The notes below the pieces were generated by a model, which was given only the letters and a program-made list of their open reading frames with translations, did not search any database and was not told where the DNA came from. A stretch of 64,000 nucleotides of DNA from an uncultured Phycisphaerales bacterium (lineage in GTDB: Bacteria > Planctomycetota > Phycisphaerae > Tepidisphaerales > Tepidisphaeraceae): assembly GCA_963844715.1 (NCBI GenBank), contig CAWJPJ010000006.1:896001-960000 (forward strand). The letters run 5' to 3'. Both the position numbers and the translations under genes were made by a program. Of this stretch, positions 1-13,095 are shown piece after piece (position 1 is the first letter of the stretch; each line of letters opens with the position of its first letter).

Positions 1-119
1 TGGCTCATTACAAGTAGGGACGAACCATGAACAGTACTCCAATCGGATTGGCAAAATCAATAAGTTTTTGTTACGCCTGGCGGGAGGGTACGTTAGTGTA
101 GTGCCTGCCGGAGGTTGGC

Positions 120-881
120 ATGATCGACAGGATTGGACGTCGGGTGCGCCTGGGGGCGGTTCTATGGGTCCTGGGGGTGTTGAGCACCACCAGTTGGGGT
201 TGTCTCCGTGAGCTATTGGATGCCAGGGCGATCGAGTGGTCGTCATCGATCATTCAGGCGAAGTTGATCGCGATCGGGTCGCCGCAGGGCACGGGGACGG
301 CCACGAGCCAGCCGGCTTGGACCTATCAGGTTTTTACATTTCAGGTTAGCGATGTCTTCGACGGGCCGGATGAAACCGGGCAGGTTCAGGTGGTTCGATT
401 TATCGGACCTGAAGAGACGCGCAGCGATCCTTGCGGGCAGGAATTGACGCACCAAAGTCTCGGAAAGGCATTCGTGCTGATGCTCCGACTGGAGTCGCAG
501 ACGGGGTGGAGCAAGTCGCACAATGATCGCGACCCGCGAACGAGCCAGGTGCATGCGTTAAAAGCGTTTGTGTTTGTGCATATGGAGTCATCGGATGATC
601 TCGGGTCCGATGGGATCGCGGATTTGAGGCGGCAGATTGCCGATACGCGGGCCGCGGAATCGCAATTCAGCGCCGATGACGCAAAGACACAGGCCGGGGC
701 ACTGGCAAACGCGATGGACGATACCGAGGCGGACGAGGCGGAACAGGCACTGGAAGGAATGGGGTATCGTGCGCAAGGGGCCGTGGAAGACGTAATGAGC
801 GGGGTTGGCGAGACCGGGAAAGAGCGATTGCAGCGGGTTCTAAATGCGATTTCGGTGCCGGCGATCGTTAGGGAGCAGTAG
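120..881 (+). CDS. Hypothetical exported protein
   Basis: 253-aa ORF with basic-then-hydrophobic N-terminus (signal-peptide-like); no family recognised. Confidence 0.6.
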   Translation: MIDRIGRRVRLGAVLWVLGVLSTTSWGCLRELLDARAIEWSSSIIQAKLIAIGSPQGTGTATSQPAWTYQVFTFQVSDVFDGPDETGQVQVVRFIGPEETRSDPCGQELTHQSLGKAFVLMLRLESQTGWSKSHNDRDPRTSQVHALKAFVFVHMESSDDLGSDGIADLRRQIADTRAAESQFSADDAKTQAGALANAMDDTEADEAEQALEGMGYRAQGAVEDVMSGVGETGKERLQRVLNAISVPAIVREQ

Positions 882-887
882 CTCTTT

Positions 888-962
888 TATTTGGCGGGCG
901 TGCGCGGCACGGCGCGGGGGCGATCCACGTTCGAACGGCGTGCTGCGCACGCCCGCTAAATA
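888..962. repeat. REP-like inverted-repeat doublet
   Basis: tatttggcgggcgtgcgcggcacg pairs with cgtgctgcgcacgcccgctaaata (two G-U pairs); the unit is internally palindromic (ggcgtgc-tgc-gcacgcc). Confidence 0.75.
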
Positions 963-1110
963 TGGGGGGCTCGGGGGTTTATTCGAAGTTGTATATCTTG
1001 ATCGTCTCATAACTTTCATTCTTTTGGGGCGTTTTTGCCGAAGTAGAGGTGTAAGTGTCTAAGGGCGCAGGGTCTGCGCCGGTGTGTGCGGTGCCGGAGT
1101 AAAGAACGCC

Positions 1111-1889
1111 ATGGATTTGGCAACGCTGTTTGGATTCCTGATCGCCTGGGGCGTCGTTCTTTTTTCGATGTTCCACGCCTCCGAGGGGGCGATGGGGGCG
1201 TATTTCAAGCCGCCGGAATTGATGTTGGTATTCGGCGGCTCGATGGGCGCGGCATTGCTATCGATGCCGATGCACTCGATTACGGGGATCGTGTCCTACA
1301 TCAAGAAGTGGGCGCTCAATAAAGATCAGCACATCGAGCATTTGATTCATGAGATGGTGCAGTACGCCGAGACGGCCCGGCGCGACGGCGTGCTGGCGCT
1401 GGAGAGCGCGGCGGCGAGGCGCCTGATCCGTTCCTGCGCCGGGGATTGCAGTTGACGATTGACGGGACGGACGCCGAGATCATTGAACGGATTTTGCGCA
1501 TCGAAATCGAATCCATGACCGAGCGCCACAAACACGGGAAACATCTCTTTCACACGCTGGCGAAATTCGGGCCCGGGTTTGGATTGATGGCGACGCTGAT
1601 CGCACAGGTGGCGATGTTCCGAAACCTGGGCGGCGACGCATCGGTCATCGGCAACGCGCTGGCGATCGCCCTGACCGGGACGCTGTACGGCTGTATTCTG
1701 CAAAACCTCGTCGCCGGACCCGTCGCTGAAAAATTGACGTTCCGCAGCCAGGAAGAGGCGTTTTCCAAGGAGATCATGCTCCAGGGGATTTTGAGCATTC
1801 AGGCGGGAAACAATCCGCGCGTGGTGGAGATGCAGCTCATGAGCTTCTTGAGCAGCCGACAGCAAGAAGCGATTCCGAAGGCCGCTTAA
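1111..1889 (+). CDS. motA: Flagellar stator MotA/PomA family protein (one frameshift near 1415, probably sequencing error)
   Basis: MDLATLFG..., ARRDGVLALE, GFGLMATLI, ALTGTLYG, ILSIQAGNNPR; split over ORFs 1084..1455 and 1446..1889. Confidence 0.9.
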
Positions 1890-2681
1890 ATGGCTTCCTG
1901 CAAGTGCAAAAAACCGGCCGAATGTGAAGAATGCCCGGAGTGGATCTTCACGTTTGCGGACCTCGTCATGCTCATGATGGGGTTCTTCGTGATTTTGTGG
2001 GTGCTGAAGCCGGCGCCGGGGAAGAAAGGGGACGGCAATAACAACGAGGACTGGATCAAAGTGGCGGCGGCGATTCGCGAGGCGTTTGGGTATATCCCGA
2101 ATCCGAACAGCCGCGATCCGGTTGATATGCAGATGATCATCAACGGCCTGTCCAAGATCAAAATGGACGGACCGGGAAGCGGGAAGGTTCTCGAGGAGCC
2201 GAAGGGGCCGGAAGGAACCGATCCCGAGGTGACGAGCATTCGGCCGTCGAATCAGGCCACTGAGGGCGGGAAGATGCTCTTCGAGCGCGGAAGCGCGGAA
2301 TTGACGGATAAGACGAAACAGGAATTGGACGAGGTGGCGGACGTGATTCGGGGGCATCGGAATATCGTGATGGTCAAGGGGCATACGTCCCTGGACGATC
2401 TGCCGGACGGCGCTACGGCGGAACAGAAGATGGATCTCTCGCTGCGGCGGGCCCAGGCGGCGGCGGATTATCTGACCGAAAAAGGCGTCGATCCGAGAAT
2501 TTTGCGCGTGCAGGGTTGCTCGATTTTTGAGCCGCTCACGCAGCGGCAATACACGACCGATGCGCAGCGATTGAATCGCCGCGTCGAAGTGGAAGCGACG
2601 GCGACGCTGCTGGATGAAATGCAGAAGAGCGACACGCAGGGGGATTCGGGGTCGTTCGAGTCGAATTCTGCGGATCAGTAG
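1890..2681 (+). CDS. motB: Flagellar stator MotB (OmpA-like peptidoglycan-binding domain)
   Basis: WIFTFADLVMLMMGFFVIL TM motif with the conserved Asp; VKGHT, LSLRRA, NRRVEV. Confidence 0.92.
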   Translation: MASCKCKKPAECEECPEWIFTFADLVMLMMGFFVILWVLKPAPGKKGDGNNNEDWIKVAAAIREAFGYIPNPNSRDPVDMQMIINGLSKIKMDGPGSGKVLEEPKGPEGTDPEVTSIRPSNQATEGGKMLFERGSAELTDKTKQELDEVADVIRGHRNIVMVKGHTSLDDLPDGATAEQKMDLSLRRAQAAADYLTEKGVDPRILRVQGCSIFEPLTQRQYTTDAQRLNRRVEVEATATLLDEMQKSDTQGDSGSFESNSADQ

Positions 2682-2705
2682 GGGGAGCCAACGCGCCGGG
2701 GTAAA

Positions 2706-2736
2706 CGAACGGCGTGCTGCGCACGCCCGCTAAATA
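2706..2736. repeat. Second identical copy of the 31-bp REP-like unit
   Basis: cgaacggcgtgctgcgcacgcccgctaaata is identical to 932-962. Confidence 0.8.
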
Positions 2737-2776
2737 AAGAGCACAATCGTTGCAAGGAAAAAGAGTCCGCGGAGGG

Positions 2777-3598
2777 TTATGGTTTCTGCTTTTTCGGCGG
2801 TTTGGACATCAGGAGGAAAAGCCAGATTACTCCGGCCATGGCTATGGCGACGCTGAGTATTTGGCCCATGGTGAGCCAGCCCCAGGCGATGTATCCGAGT
2901 TGGGGATCGGGCTCGCGGGTGAATTCGACGCAGAAGCGGATCACGCCATAGGCGATGACGAAGGACGCGGCGATTTCGCCGTCGCGGCGGTTTTTACGTT
3001 TTTTGACCAGCCAGACGATCGACAAAAGAAGCGGGCCCTCGAGAAGCGCTTCGTAAAGCTGCGAGGGATGGCGGGGTTGATTGTCGGCGGTGGGGAAGAT
3101 CATGGCCCAGGGGACGTTCGTGGGCCGGCCGAAGAGTTCGCCATTGATGAAATTGGCGATGCGCCCCAGGAATAGGCCGATGGGCGTGACCAGGGCCATG
3201 CAATCGGCGAGATTCAGGAACGAAAGTTTTTCGACTTTGGACCAGATGAAGAGAACGATGATGACACCGGCGAGTCCGCCATGGAAACTCATTCCGCCTT
3301 TTTGGATTTCGAAGGGTTCATACCAGTGTAGGACGGGCCCCATGTTGTGGCGGTAGAAGAACCACCAGCCCGATCGTCCGCCGGCAATGACGCCGAGGGC
3401 GAGCCAGCCGATCAGGTCGCCGAGCTTTTCGGGATTCATGCGCAAGACGCGACGTTTCGCCAATTTGTGCAGGATGAAATAGGCGATGATGAAGCCGGTG
3501 AGATAGGCGACGCCGTACCAGCGGATCTGGATCGGACCCAGATGGACGATCACCGGATCGATCTGCGGATAAGGAATCAGGGCAAGAGGCAGATGCAT
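2777..3598 (-). CDS. lgt: Prolipoprotein diacylglyceryl transferase
   Basis: IRWYG, GGMSFHGG, GRIANFINGELFGR, RHPSQLYE, RFCVEFTREPD; start taken at MHLP (3598). Confidence 0.95.
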   Translation of the reverse strand: MHLPLALIPYPQIDPVIVHLGPIQIRWYGVAYLTGFIIAYFILHKLAKRRVLRMNPEKLGDLIGWLALGVIAGGRSGWWFFYRHNMGPVLHWYEPFEIQKGGMSFHGGLAGVIIVLFIWSKVEKLSFLNLADCMALVTPIGLFLGRIANFINGELFGRPTNVPWAMIFPTADNQPRHPSQLYEALLEGPLLLSIVWLVKKRKNRRDGEIAASFVIAYGVIRFCVEFTREPDPQLGYIAWGWLTMGQILSVAIAMAGVIWLFLLMSKPPKKQKP

Positions 3599-3611
3599 TA
3601 ACTGCGCCGCT

Positions 3612-5024
<1,413 letters not shown>

Positions 5025-5152
5025 CGTGGGGAACCTCCATGGTTTGGGCCGGGTATGCTAACCGGCTGGTGGTGAGGGGTCAAAAAGCCGGCGATAGCCG
5101 CATTTTGCAACGGTTTTCTCACTAGGCATGGGGAGACCTTGCCGGACTGAAA

Positions 5153-5169
5153 TGCCCAAATAGCGCGCA
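5153..5169. promoter_or_regulatory. Possible NtrC-type enhancer site
   Basis: TGCCCAAATAGCGCGCA = TGC-N11-GCA, about 100 bp upstream of the sigma54 motif. Confidence 0.35.
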
Positions 5170-5269
5170 GGTGTTGACGGACTGTGGCGGCAGCAGGAAT
5201 GAATTGACTCGCCATGGGAGTCCCGCTAAACCACGGCGAATCCTTTAGCAGCTTTGAAGCGGCGCACAT

Positions 5270-5284
5270 TGGCACTGTCTTTGC
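5270..5284 (+). promoter_or_regulatory. sigma54 (-24/-12) promoter for glnA copy 2
   Basis: TGGCAC-TGTCT-TTGC, an exact TGGCAC-N5-TTGC match upstream of a glnA. Confidence 0.8.
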
Positions 5285-5472
5285 GGCGGAAAGATTCGAA
5301 GCTGCTTGAGGGTGGTGTAGTTTTGTTTGGCGGCAGAAGGGCAAGATTGTTTCAGCCTTTCAGTTGAAGTTGGGTTGCCGAGTGTCATCGGCCGTTTAGA
5401 TCGCCTTGTGGCTGGGCGATCTGGTCGGCGGCGCTTGCGGCTCGGTCTCATATCCAGAAAGGATGATTCCCC

Positions 5473-6906
<1,434 letters not shown>

Positions 6907-6927
6907 TAAGGCGATGGTCTTGCGAAT

Positions 6928-6962
6928 AAAGCCCGCGGATTGCCATCCGTGGGCTTTTTTTA
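6928..6962. terminator. Bidirectional hairpin terminator / REP-like palindrome
   Basis: aaagcccgcggat-tgcc-atccgtgggcttttttt between convergent glnA and glnE. Confidence 0.75.
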
Positions 6963-6963
6963 T

Positions 6964-9294
6964 TCACACGCGTCCGCGCCGGAACCTGGCGCGGATGAAT
7001 TTTCTGACGATTTCGGTGTGTTGTTTGAAATCGCGCAAGAGCATTTCGCCCATGTCCCCCTCCTCGGCTTCGGGGTGATAGTTCATGCGGCGTGCCAGGG
7101 GCAGAAGTTCGGGCGAGCCGCGCGGGAAGGAATAGATCGCGCGCCGAGCCGCGAAGCATGCGCTGCGCGTTGATGAGGCGGCGCATGAATTGGTATGCGC
7201 CACTGAGTTCCTCGAATTCCAAGGCCGTCAGGATTTCCGCGCGGCGAAGGCCTTGTATGGCTTCGTGAAGGCGCGGCGTGCGGAGTTGTGGGGCCTCCTT
7301 GGCGTGCATGACCTGAAGCATCTGAACCACCTGCTCCAAATCCGCCAGGGCGCCCGGGCTTTGTTTGGAATTCAGGGCTGAACTGGAGATTTGGGCATGT
7401 CTGGGTCTTTCGTGTGCTGGGCCCGCATCTTCTCGGAGATTTCCCAGACAGCGTCGAAATCCATCAGCGGGCTGTCGTAGAGGATCTGATCGCGCAATTG
7501 CTCGATGGCGAAACCGAGCTGCGCGCTCCCGGCAATCCAGCGCAATCTGGCCAGGGCCAATCGTTCGAAGGAATGGGCTTTGCCTTTGAGGCCGTAGTAT
7601 TCGGCGAATTCCTGGCGGCTGCAGGCGAGCGGGCCGCTGCTGCCGAAGGGGCGGAGGCGCAGATCGACCTGGAAGATTCCCTCGCGTTTGGCTTGGATGT
7701 AGGCGCTGGATTCGCGCGTGAAGATGGCGAAGAACTCGCCGTTGTCCAGGGAGCCGCGGGCGCCGCCGGACGTGGAGCCGTCGTTGTCGTAGAGATAGAG
7801 CAACTCGATGTCGGAGGCGTATCCCAGCGCCACGCCGCCGAGCTTTCCAAGGCCAAAGACGGCGTAGCTGACGGGGTGCTTTTTGGCGTCCAGCGGCGTT
7901 CCGTAGAGGCGCGTCAGTTCGGTGAAAACCAATCGGCAGGCGGTCGCGACCAGGTTCTCGGCCAGGAAGACCAGGCGCTCGGATAACGTCTGGAATGCCG
8001 AATCGGGATTGGCTTCGGTGAGGATGTGATCCAGATCGATGAGGAAGAGTTCGTGGTCCTTGAATTCATTGAGACGCTGCCGCTGGTCTTCGAAATGCCG
8101 GGCTTTGCCGAGGGATTCATCGAGCCGTCGCGGAAGGCTGCGTTCCGGGAGGGCCATTTGCCGGCCGCGCACGTGGCGCTGGAAGGCCCCGAGGAGTTTG
8201 TCGGATTGCCAGCGGATGAAATCTTCCCAAAGAAAATCGCTGGCGCCTAGGACTTTCGCCAGGTCGGTCATGCAGATCGGGTCATCCAGCAATTCGAGCC
8301 ATTGCTGGCGCTGGGGGCCTTGGACGATTTTTTCGGCCAGTTCCTCGAAGCGCTGCAACGCGGAGAAGGGATCGGGGGCGCGGTCGAGGAAATAGACGAA
8401 TTGCTGAGTGAGCAGGACCGAACCGCGCAGTTGTTCGATGCGTTCGGGATCGAGCAGCGGCTTGCCATGGGAATCGACGAGATCGATTTCGTTGATGTTC
8501 AGATTGCCCACGGTGCGGGCGCGAGTGCGTTCGATTTGAAGCGCATGGAGAGAGAGCGCGGTGCTGAGGGCGTAGAGAAAGGCCGGCGCATCGGGGGCCC
8601 AGAGTCTTAGGCGAGTCGCTTCGGGTAATTGTTCGATGTCGATGTCGAGAGAAACCAGGTCCGGCGGCGTAGCGCCGCGGCGGCGGGATTTGAGCCATTG
8701 GGTGACCCGCTCATTGACGATGCGTTTGGCGCGATCGGTCGATTTCTCCTCTTCATCGTCGAGGAGGCGCATGACTTCCTCGATCAAAGGGACGAAAGTT
8801 TTCTGCCAGGCGCGGAAATTCGGGCCCGGGCCGGCGAGTTTGCCCCGGAAGTGATCGAGAATGACGGGGTGCTTGGTGGGATCGCCGGCGCTGATGGCCT
8901 GGCGGCGGTTGCGCACCGGGCGGCGAGGCCGCTCGCCCCCGCGCGGCGGGCGGAGGGTGAAGGCGTCGCTGCTTTCTATATTGAATCCGGTGGCGGCCAT
9001 AAGACCGGTGATGCTGGAAAACTCGAACGGGTGATCGAATGCGACGATCGTGCAGTCGATCTGGCCTTGTTTGTCTTGATCCAGCAGCACGGCGACGGGA
9101 TTTTCGCCGGAGAGCGACGCCAGCGCCTGCACGTGGCGGGTGATCGTCTTGCCGTTAAATTCTTGGTAGTAATCGTCTTCGAGCCGTTCGAGGAAGGATT
9201 GGACGATTTCGGGCTGCACGCCGCGGACTTGCGAGCGGACGGTTTTCAATATTTCCGGGTCTGGAACCATGAAGGTCGGTCGGGCGCTGTGCAT
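6964..9294 (-). CDS. glnE: Glutamine synthetase adenylyltransferase with N-terminal ACT-like domains (frameshifts near 7380 and 7115)
   Basis: FGLGKLGGVALGYASDIELLYLY and QVDLRLRPFGSSGPLA nucleotidyltransferase motifs; the C-terminus continues in ORFs 6884..7339 and 6964..7203. Confidence 0.85.
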
Positions 9295-9535
9295 TTCAAC
9301 GCCCCGGCGCGGGCCTGTCCAGATATAGTCAAATCGGAAATTCCAGTTCGGCGGGAAGAGCGGTTTTTCATTCGATCTATGTGACCGCGGGAGCGAAAAT
9401 TCTTTCGATTGCCCCGAGTAGCATCGTTTTTGCTGTTGCCTTCCGGTACCGAAAACGTGGAACAAAATGCTCCAAAACCCCCACAAGGAGGCCGATCCCG
9501 CTAGGCCTGCTTAGAAAATGGACACCTGACCCCCT

Positions 9536-10573
9536 ATGCCAAAGTTCAAATTGGAGTACATCTGGCTGGACGGCTATACGCCGACCGCCAATCTTCGCGG
9601 CAAAACTCTCGTCAAGGAATTTGCCAGCGAACCGACGCTCGAGCAGCTCCCCAAGTGGGGATTCGACGGCAGTTCGACCCAACAGGCGGAGGGCCATAGT
9701 TCGGATTGCGTTCTCAAACCCGTGGCGCGGTATCACGACTCGTCGCGAAAGAACGGCGTGATCGTTTTGTGCGAGGTCATGCATCCCGACGGGACGCCGC
9801 ACTCGACTAATGCGCGGGCGACCATTCTGGATGATCCGGAGACCTGGTTCGGTTTCGAGCAGGAATACTTTCTATACAAGGACGGCTTGCCGCTCGGATT
9901 CCCGAAGGAAGGCTTCCCCAAGGAGGGCCAGGGGCGATACTACTGCGGCGTCGGTTATTTCCACATGGGAGACATCGCCCGGGAAATTGTGGAAAAGCAT
10001 TTGGACCTTTGCCTCGATGCAGGCATCAATCACGAAGGAATCAATTCCGAAGTCGCCAAGGGGCAATGGGAATTCCAAATCTTCGGCAAGGGCTCGAAGA
10101 AGGCGGCAGACGAAATGTGGGTTGCCCGCTATCTGCTGAACCGGCTGTGTGAAAGCTACGGCGTTGAAGTGAATTACCATTGCAAGCCGCTGGGCACCAA
10201 GGCCGACTGGAACGGTTCAGGCATGCACTCCAACTTCTCGACGAAATATCTGCGCGAAGTCGGCGGCAAGGAATACTTCGAGGCGCTCATGGCGGCATTC
10301 GATAAGTACAAAGCCGAGCACATCGCGGTCTATGGGCCGGACAACCATCTGCGCCTGACCGGATTGCACGAGACGCAATCGATCGACAAATTCAACTACG
10401 GCGTTTCCAATCGCGGCGCGTCGATCCGGCTTCCCAACAGCATGCCTAAGAACGGATACAAAGGATATCTGGAAGATCGGCGTCCGAACTCGGAAGGCGA
10501 TCCGTACAAGATCGCCAGCCGCATCCTTGAAACGATCGCTACGGTACCGATTCCGGAGGCGGTTTTGGTCTGA
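9536..10573 (+). CDS. glnII: Glutamine synthetase type II
   Basis: 345 aa; LEYIWLDG, WGFDGSST, WFGFEQEY, GQWEFQI, DWNGSGMHSNFST, LTGLHET, YLEDRRP. Confidence 0.96.
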   Translation: MPKFKLEYIWLDGYTPTANLRGKTLVKEFASEPTLEQLPKWGFDGSSTQQAEGHSSDCVLKPVARYHDSSRKNGVIVLCEVMHPDGTPHSTNARATILDDPETWFGFEQEYFLYKDGLPLGFPKEGFPKEGQGRYYCGVGYFHMGDIAREIVEKHLDLCLDAGINHEGINSEVAKGQWEFQIFGKGSKKAADEMWVARYLLNRLCESYGVEVNYHCKPLGTKADWNGSGMHSNFSTKYLREVGGKEYFEALMAAFDKYKAEHIAVYGPDNHLRLTGLHETQSIDKFNYGVSNRGASIRLPNSMPKNGYKGYLEDRRPNSEGDPYKIASRILETIATVPIPEAVLV

Positions 10574-10650
10574 GTGGATATGTCTGCGGCCCACCCTTCA
10601 TCCCGGCCCTATGTGCTGGAAATTGAGGGGGGAGCTAAAGATATAGTGAT

Positions 10651-10706
10651 GCAAAATGCAGCGCCGCAACGACCGCGAGATTCGCGGTCGCGTGCGGCGT
10701 TTTTGC
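10651..10706. other. Extended GC-rich hairpin between glnII and GSIII
   Basis: gcaaaa...gccgca-a-cgaccgcga-gat-tcgcggtcg-cg-tgcggc...ttttgc. Confidence 0.5.
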
Positions 10707-10737
10707 GTCCGGGATTTTGAAATTTCCGCTGGACAAC

Positions 10738-10752
10738 CGGTAAATGTTTTGC
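10738..10752 (+). promoter_or_regulatory. Possible degenerate sigma54 promoter for GSIII
   Basis: CGGTAA-ATGTT-TTGC keeps GG-N10-GC, 100 bp upstream of the ATG. Confidence 0.35.
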
Positions 10753-10851
10753 GATGATCCCGCTCCCGATCGGTCGGACAAAGTCGAAGTCGGGCCGGTT
10801 ACTTCCATCGCTGACGAACCAACCACAGCAGGAAAACGGAGCCTCAATCAC

Positions 10852-13033
10852 ATGTCAAATGCTCGTTATGAGGCGATCCATTCGATCGCCACTGCCAAGC
10901 ACAAACTGAATTATGTCGATTTCAAAAAGGTCCATTTCAAGGACCTGTTTGGGATCAATGTTTTCAACGAGGCAGCCGCGCAGGCGCGGCTTCCCAAGCC
11001 GGTATTCAAGGCTTTGCAGAAAACAATTCGCAAGGGCGCCCCGCTCGATCCGGGCATTGCCGACGCCGTCGCGGCGGCGATGAAGGATTGGGCGCTGGAA
11101 CATGGCGCGACGCACTACACGCACCTCTTCCAGCCGATGACCGGGATCACCGCCGAGAAGCATGACAGCTTCATCAATCCGACCAGCGCGGGAACGGCAA
11201 TCGCCGAATTCAGCGGGAAGGAATTGATCAAGGGCGAGCCGGACGCCAGCAGCTTTCCCTCCGGTGGACTGCGCGCGACTTTTGAAGCGCGCGGCTACAC
11301 CGCCTGGGACCCGACGAGCCCGGCTTACATCATCGAGCATCCGAACGGCTCGACGCTGGTAATACCCACCGCGTTTCTGAGTTGGACGGGCGAGGCGCTC
11401 GACAAGAAGACCCCCCTGCTCCGCTCGATGGAAGCATTGAGCGAGCAGGCGCTGCGCATCCTGAAGATTGTTCGGGAACAAGGAAGCATCGCACGTCTTC
11501 ACGACCGTCGGATCGGAGCAGGAATACTTCCTGATCGACAAGAGCTTTTATCTGCTTCGTCCGGACCTGATCAACTGTGGACGGACGCTTTTCGGCGCCA
11601 AGCCGCCGAAGGGGCAGGAACTGGAAGACCAGTATTTCGCCAATATCCCCGAGCGCGTTTTGGCGTTCATGGCGGATTCGGAGGCGGAACTGTTCAAGCT
11701 GGGCGTGCCCGTCAAGACGCGCCACAACGAGGTGGCCCCGAGCCAGTATGAACTGGCCCCCCTCTTCGAGAACAGCAATCTGGCGACGGATCACCAGAAT
11801 TTGATCATGCAGCAGATGCGGCAGATCGCCGACAAGTACGGCCTGGTCTGCCTGCTGCACGAGAAGCCTTTTGCCGGGATCAACGGCAGCGGCAAGCACA
11901 ATAACTGGTCGATGGCGACCGACGTGGGCGAAAACCTGCTCGATCCGGGCAACACGCCGCATGAGAACGCGCAGTTCCTGGTGTTCGTGGCGGCGGTTAT
12001 TCGCGCGGTCAATAAGTATTCCGATGTGCTTCGCATGTCGATCGGGTCGGCGCACAACGATCACCGCCTGGGCGCCAACGAGGCCCCGCCGGCGATCATC
12101 TCGATCTTCCTGGGCGACCAGCTCAACGACATCATCGAGCAGATCGAAAAAGGCTCCGCCAAGACTAGCAAACAGGGCGGTATGTTTGAGACCGGCGTGT
12201 CGGTTCTTCCCAAGCTTCCCAAGGAAGCGGGAGACCGGAACCGGACGAGTCCGTTCGCGTTCACCGGGAACAAGTTCGAGTTCCGCGCTGTCGGCGCCAG
12301 CGCCAACATCGCGGGCCCGAATACGATCCTCAATGCGATCGTGGCCGAGAGCCTCGATTACATCGCCACGAATCTCGAAGCAGCCGTGAAGAGCGGGAAA
12401 TCGCTCACGGCGGCGATTCAGGAACTTTTGCCGTCGATCATCAAGGAGAACAAGCGCGTCGTTTACAACGGCGACAACTACTCCGAGGCTTGGCACAAGG
12501 AGGCCGAAAAACGCGGGCTTCCGAACATGAAGAACACAGTCGATACCCTCCCGGTTGTCGTCAAGAAGGAGACGATCGACTTGCTCACGAAGTACAAGGT
12601 GTATACCGAGAAGGAACTGCAAAGCCGCTTCACGATTCTGGCGGAGAACTACGTCAAGGCGGTGATGATCGAAGGCAGCACGGCTGCTCTGATCGCCAAG
12701 ACGCAGATTCTGCCGGCGGCGATCAAGTTCCAGAAGGAAGTCGGCGAGTCGGTTGCGGCGGCCAAGGCCGCCGGGGCGTCGAGTCCGGGCGGGGTCGAGT
12801 TGCTCTCGACGATTGTCTCGGGCATCAACGACCTGACCCGGGCGATTGCGACGCTGGACAAGGCGCTGAACCATCACGCCGAGGGCGACGCACTGGCGCA
12901 CGCCAGGCATGCCCGCGACGGCGTTCTGGCCTCGGCCGCGGAGTTGCGTAAAGTCGCGGACAAGCTGGAGAACATCATTCCCGATGAACTCTGGCCGCTG
13001 CCGACGTATCGCGAGATGCTGTTTATCAAGTAA
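10852..13033 (+). CDS. glnN: Glutamine synthetase type III (frameshift near 11468)
   Basis: [94 protein letters not shown]. Confidence 0.95.
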
Positions 13034-13060
13034 GCTTGCGATTTCCGTAGAAGATTCTTT

Positions 13061-13090
13061 AGCCCCGGAACAGTTCCGGGGCTTTTTTTT
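13061..13090 (+). terminator. Rho-independent terminator
   Basis: agccccggaa-cag-ttccggggct followed by a T tract. Confidence 0.85.
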
Positions 13091-13095
13091 CGCGC

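Noticed and set aside
1016..1044. sigma28 promoter for motAB (TCAT...GCCGAAGT)
   Set aside because: The -10 element is plausible but the -35 and spacing fit too poorly to call
1111..2681. Zorya ZorAB anti-phage system
   Set aside because: MotA is normal length with no long cytoplasmic tail, and no zorC/D/E-like genes are adjacent
5285..5472. Glutamine (glnA) riboswitch in the glnA leader
   Set aside because: Hairpins are present but I could not find the conserved glnA-motif core; needs an Rfam scan
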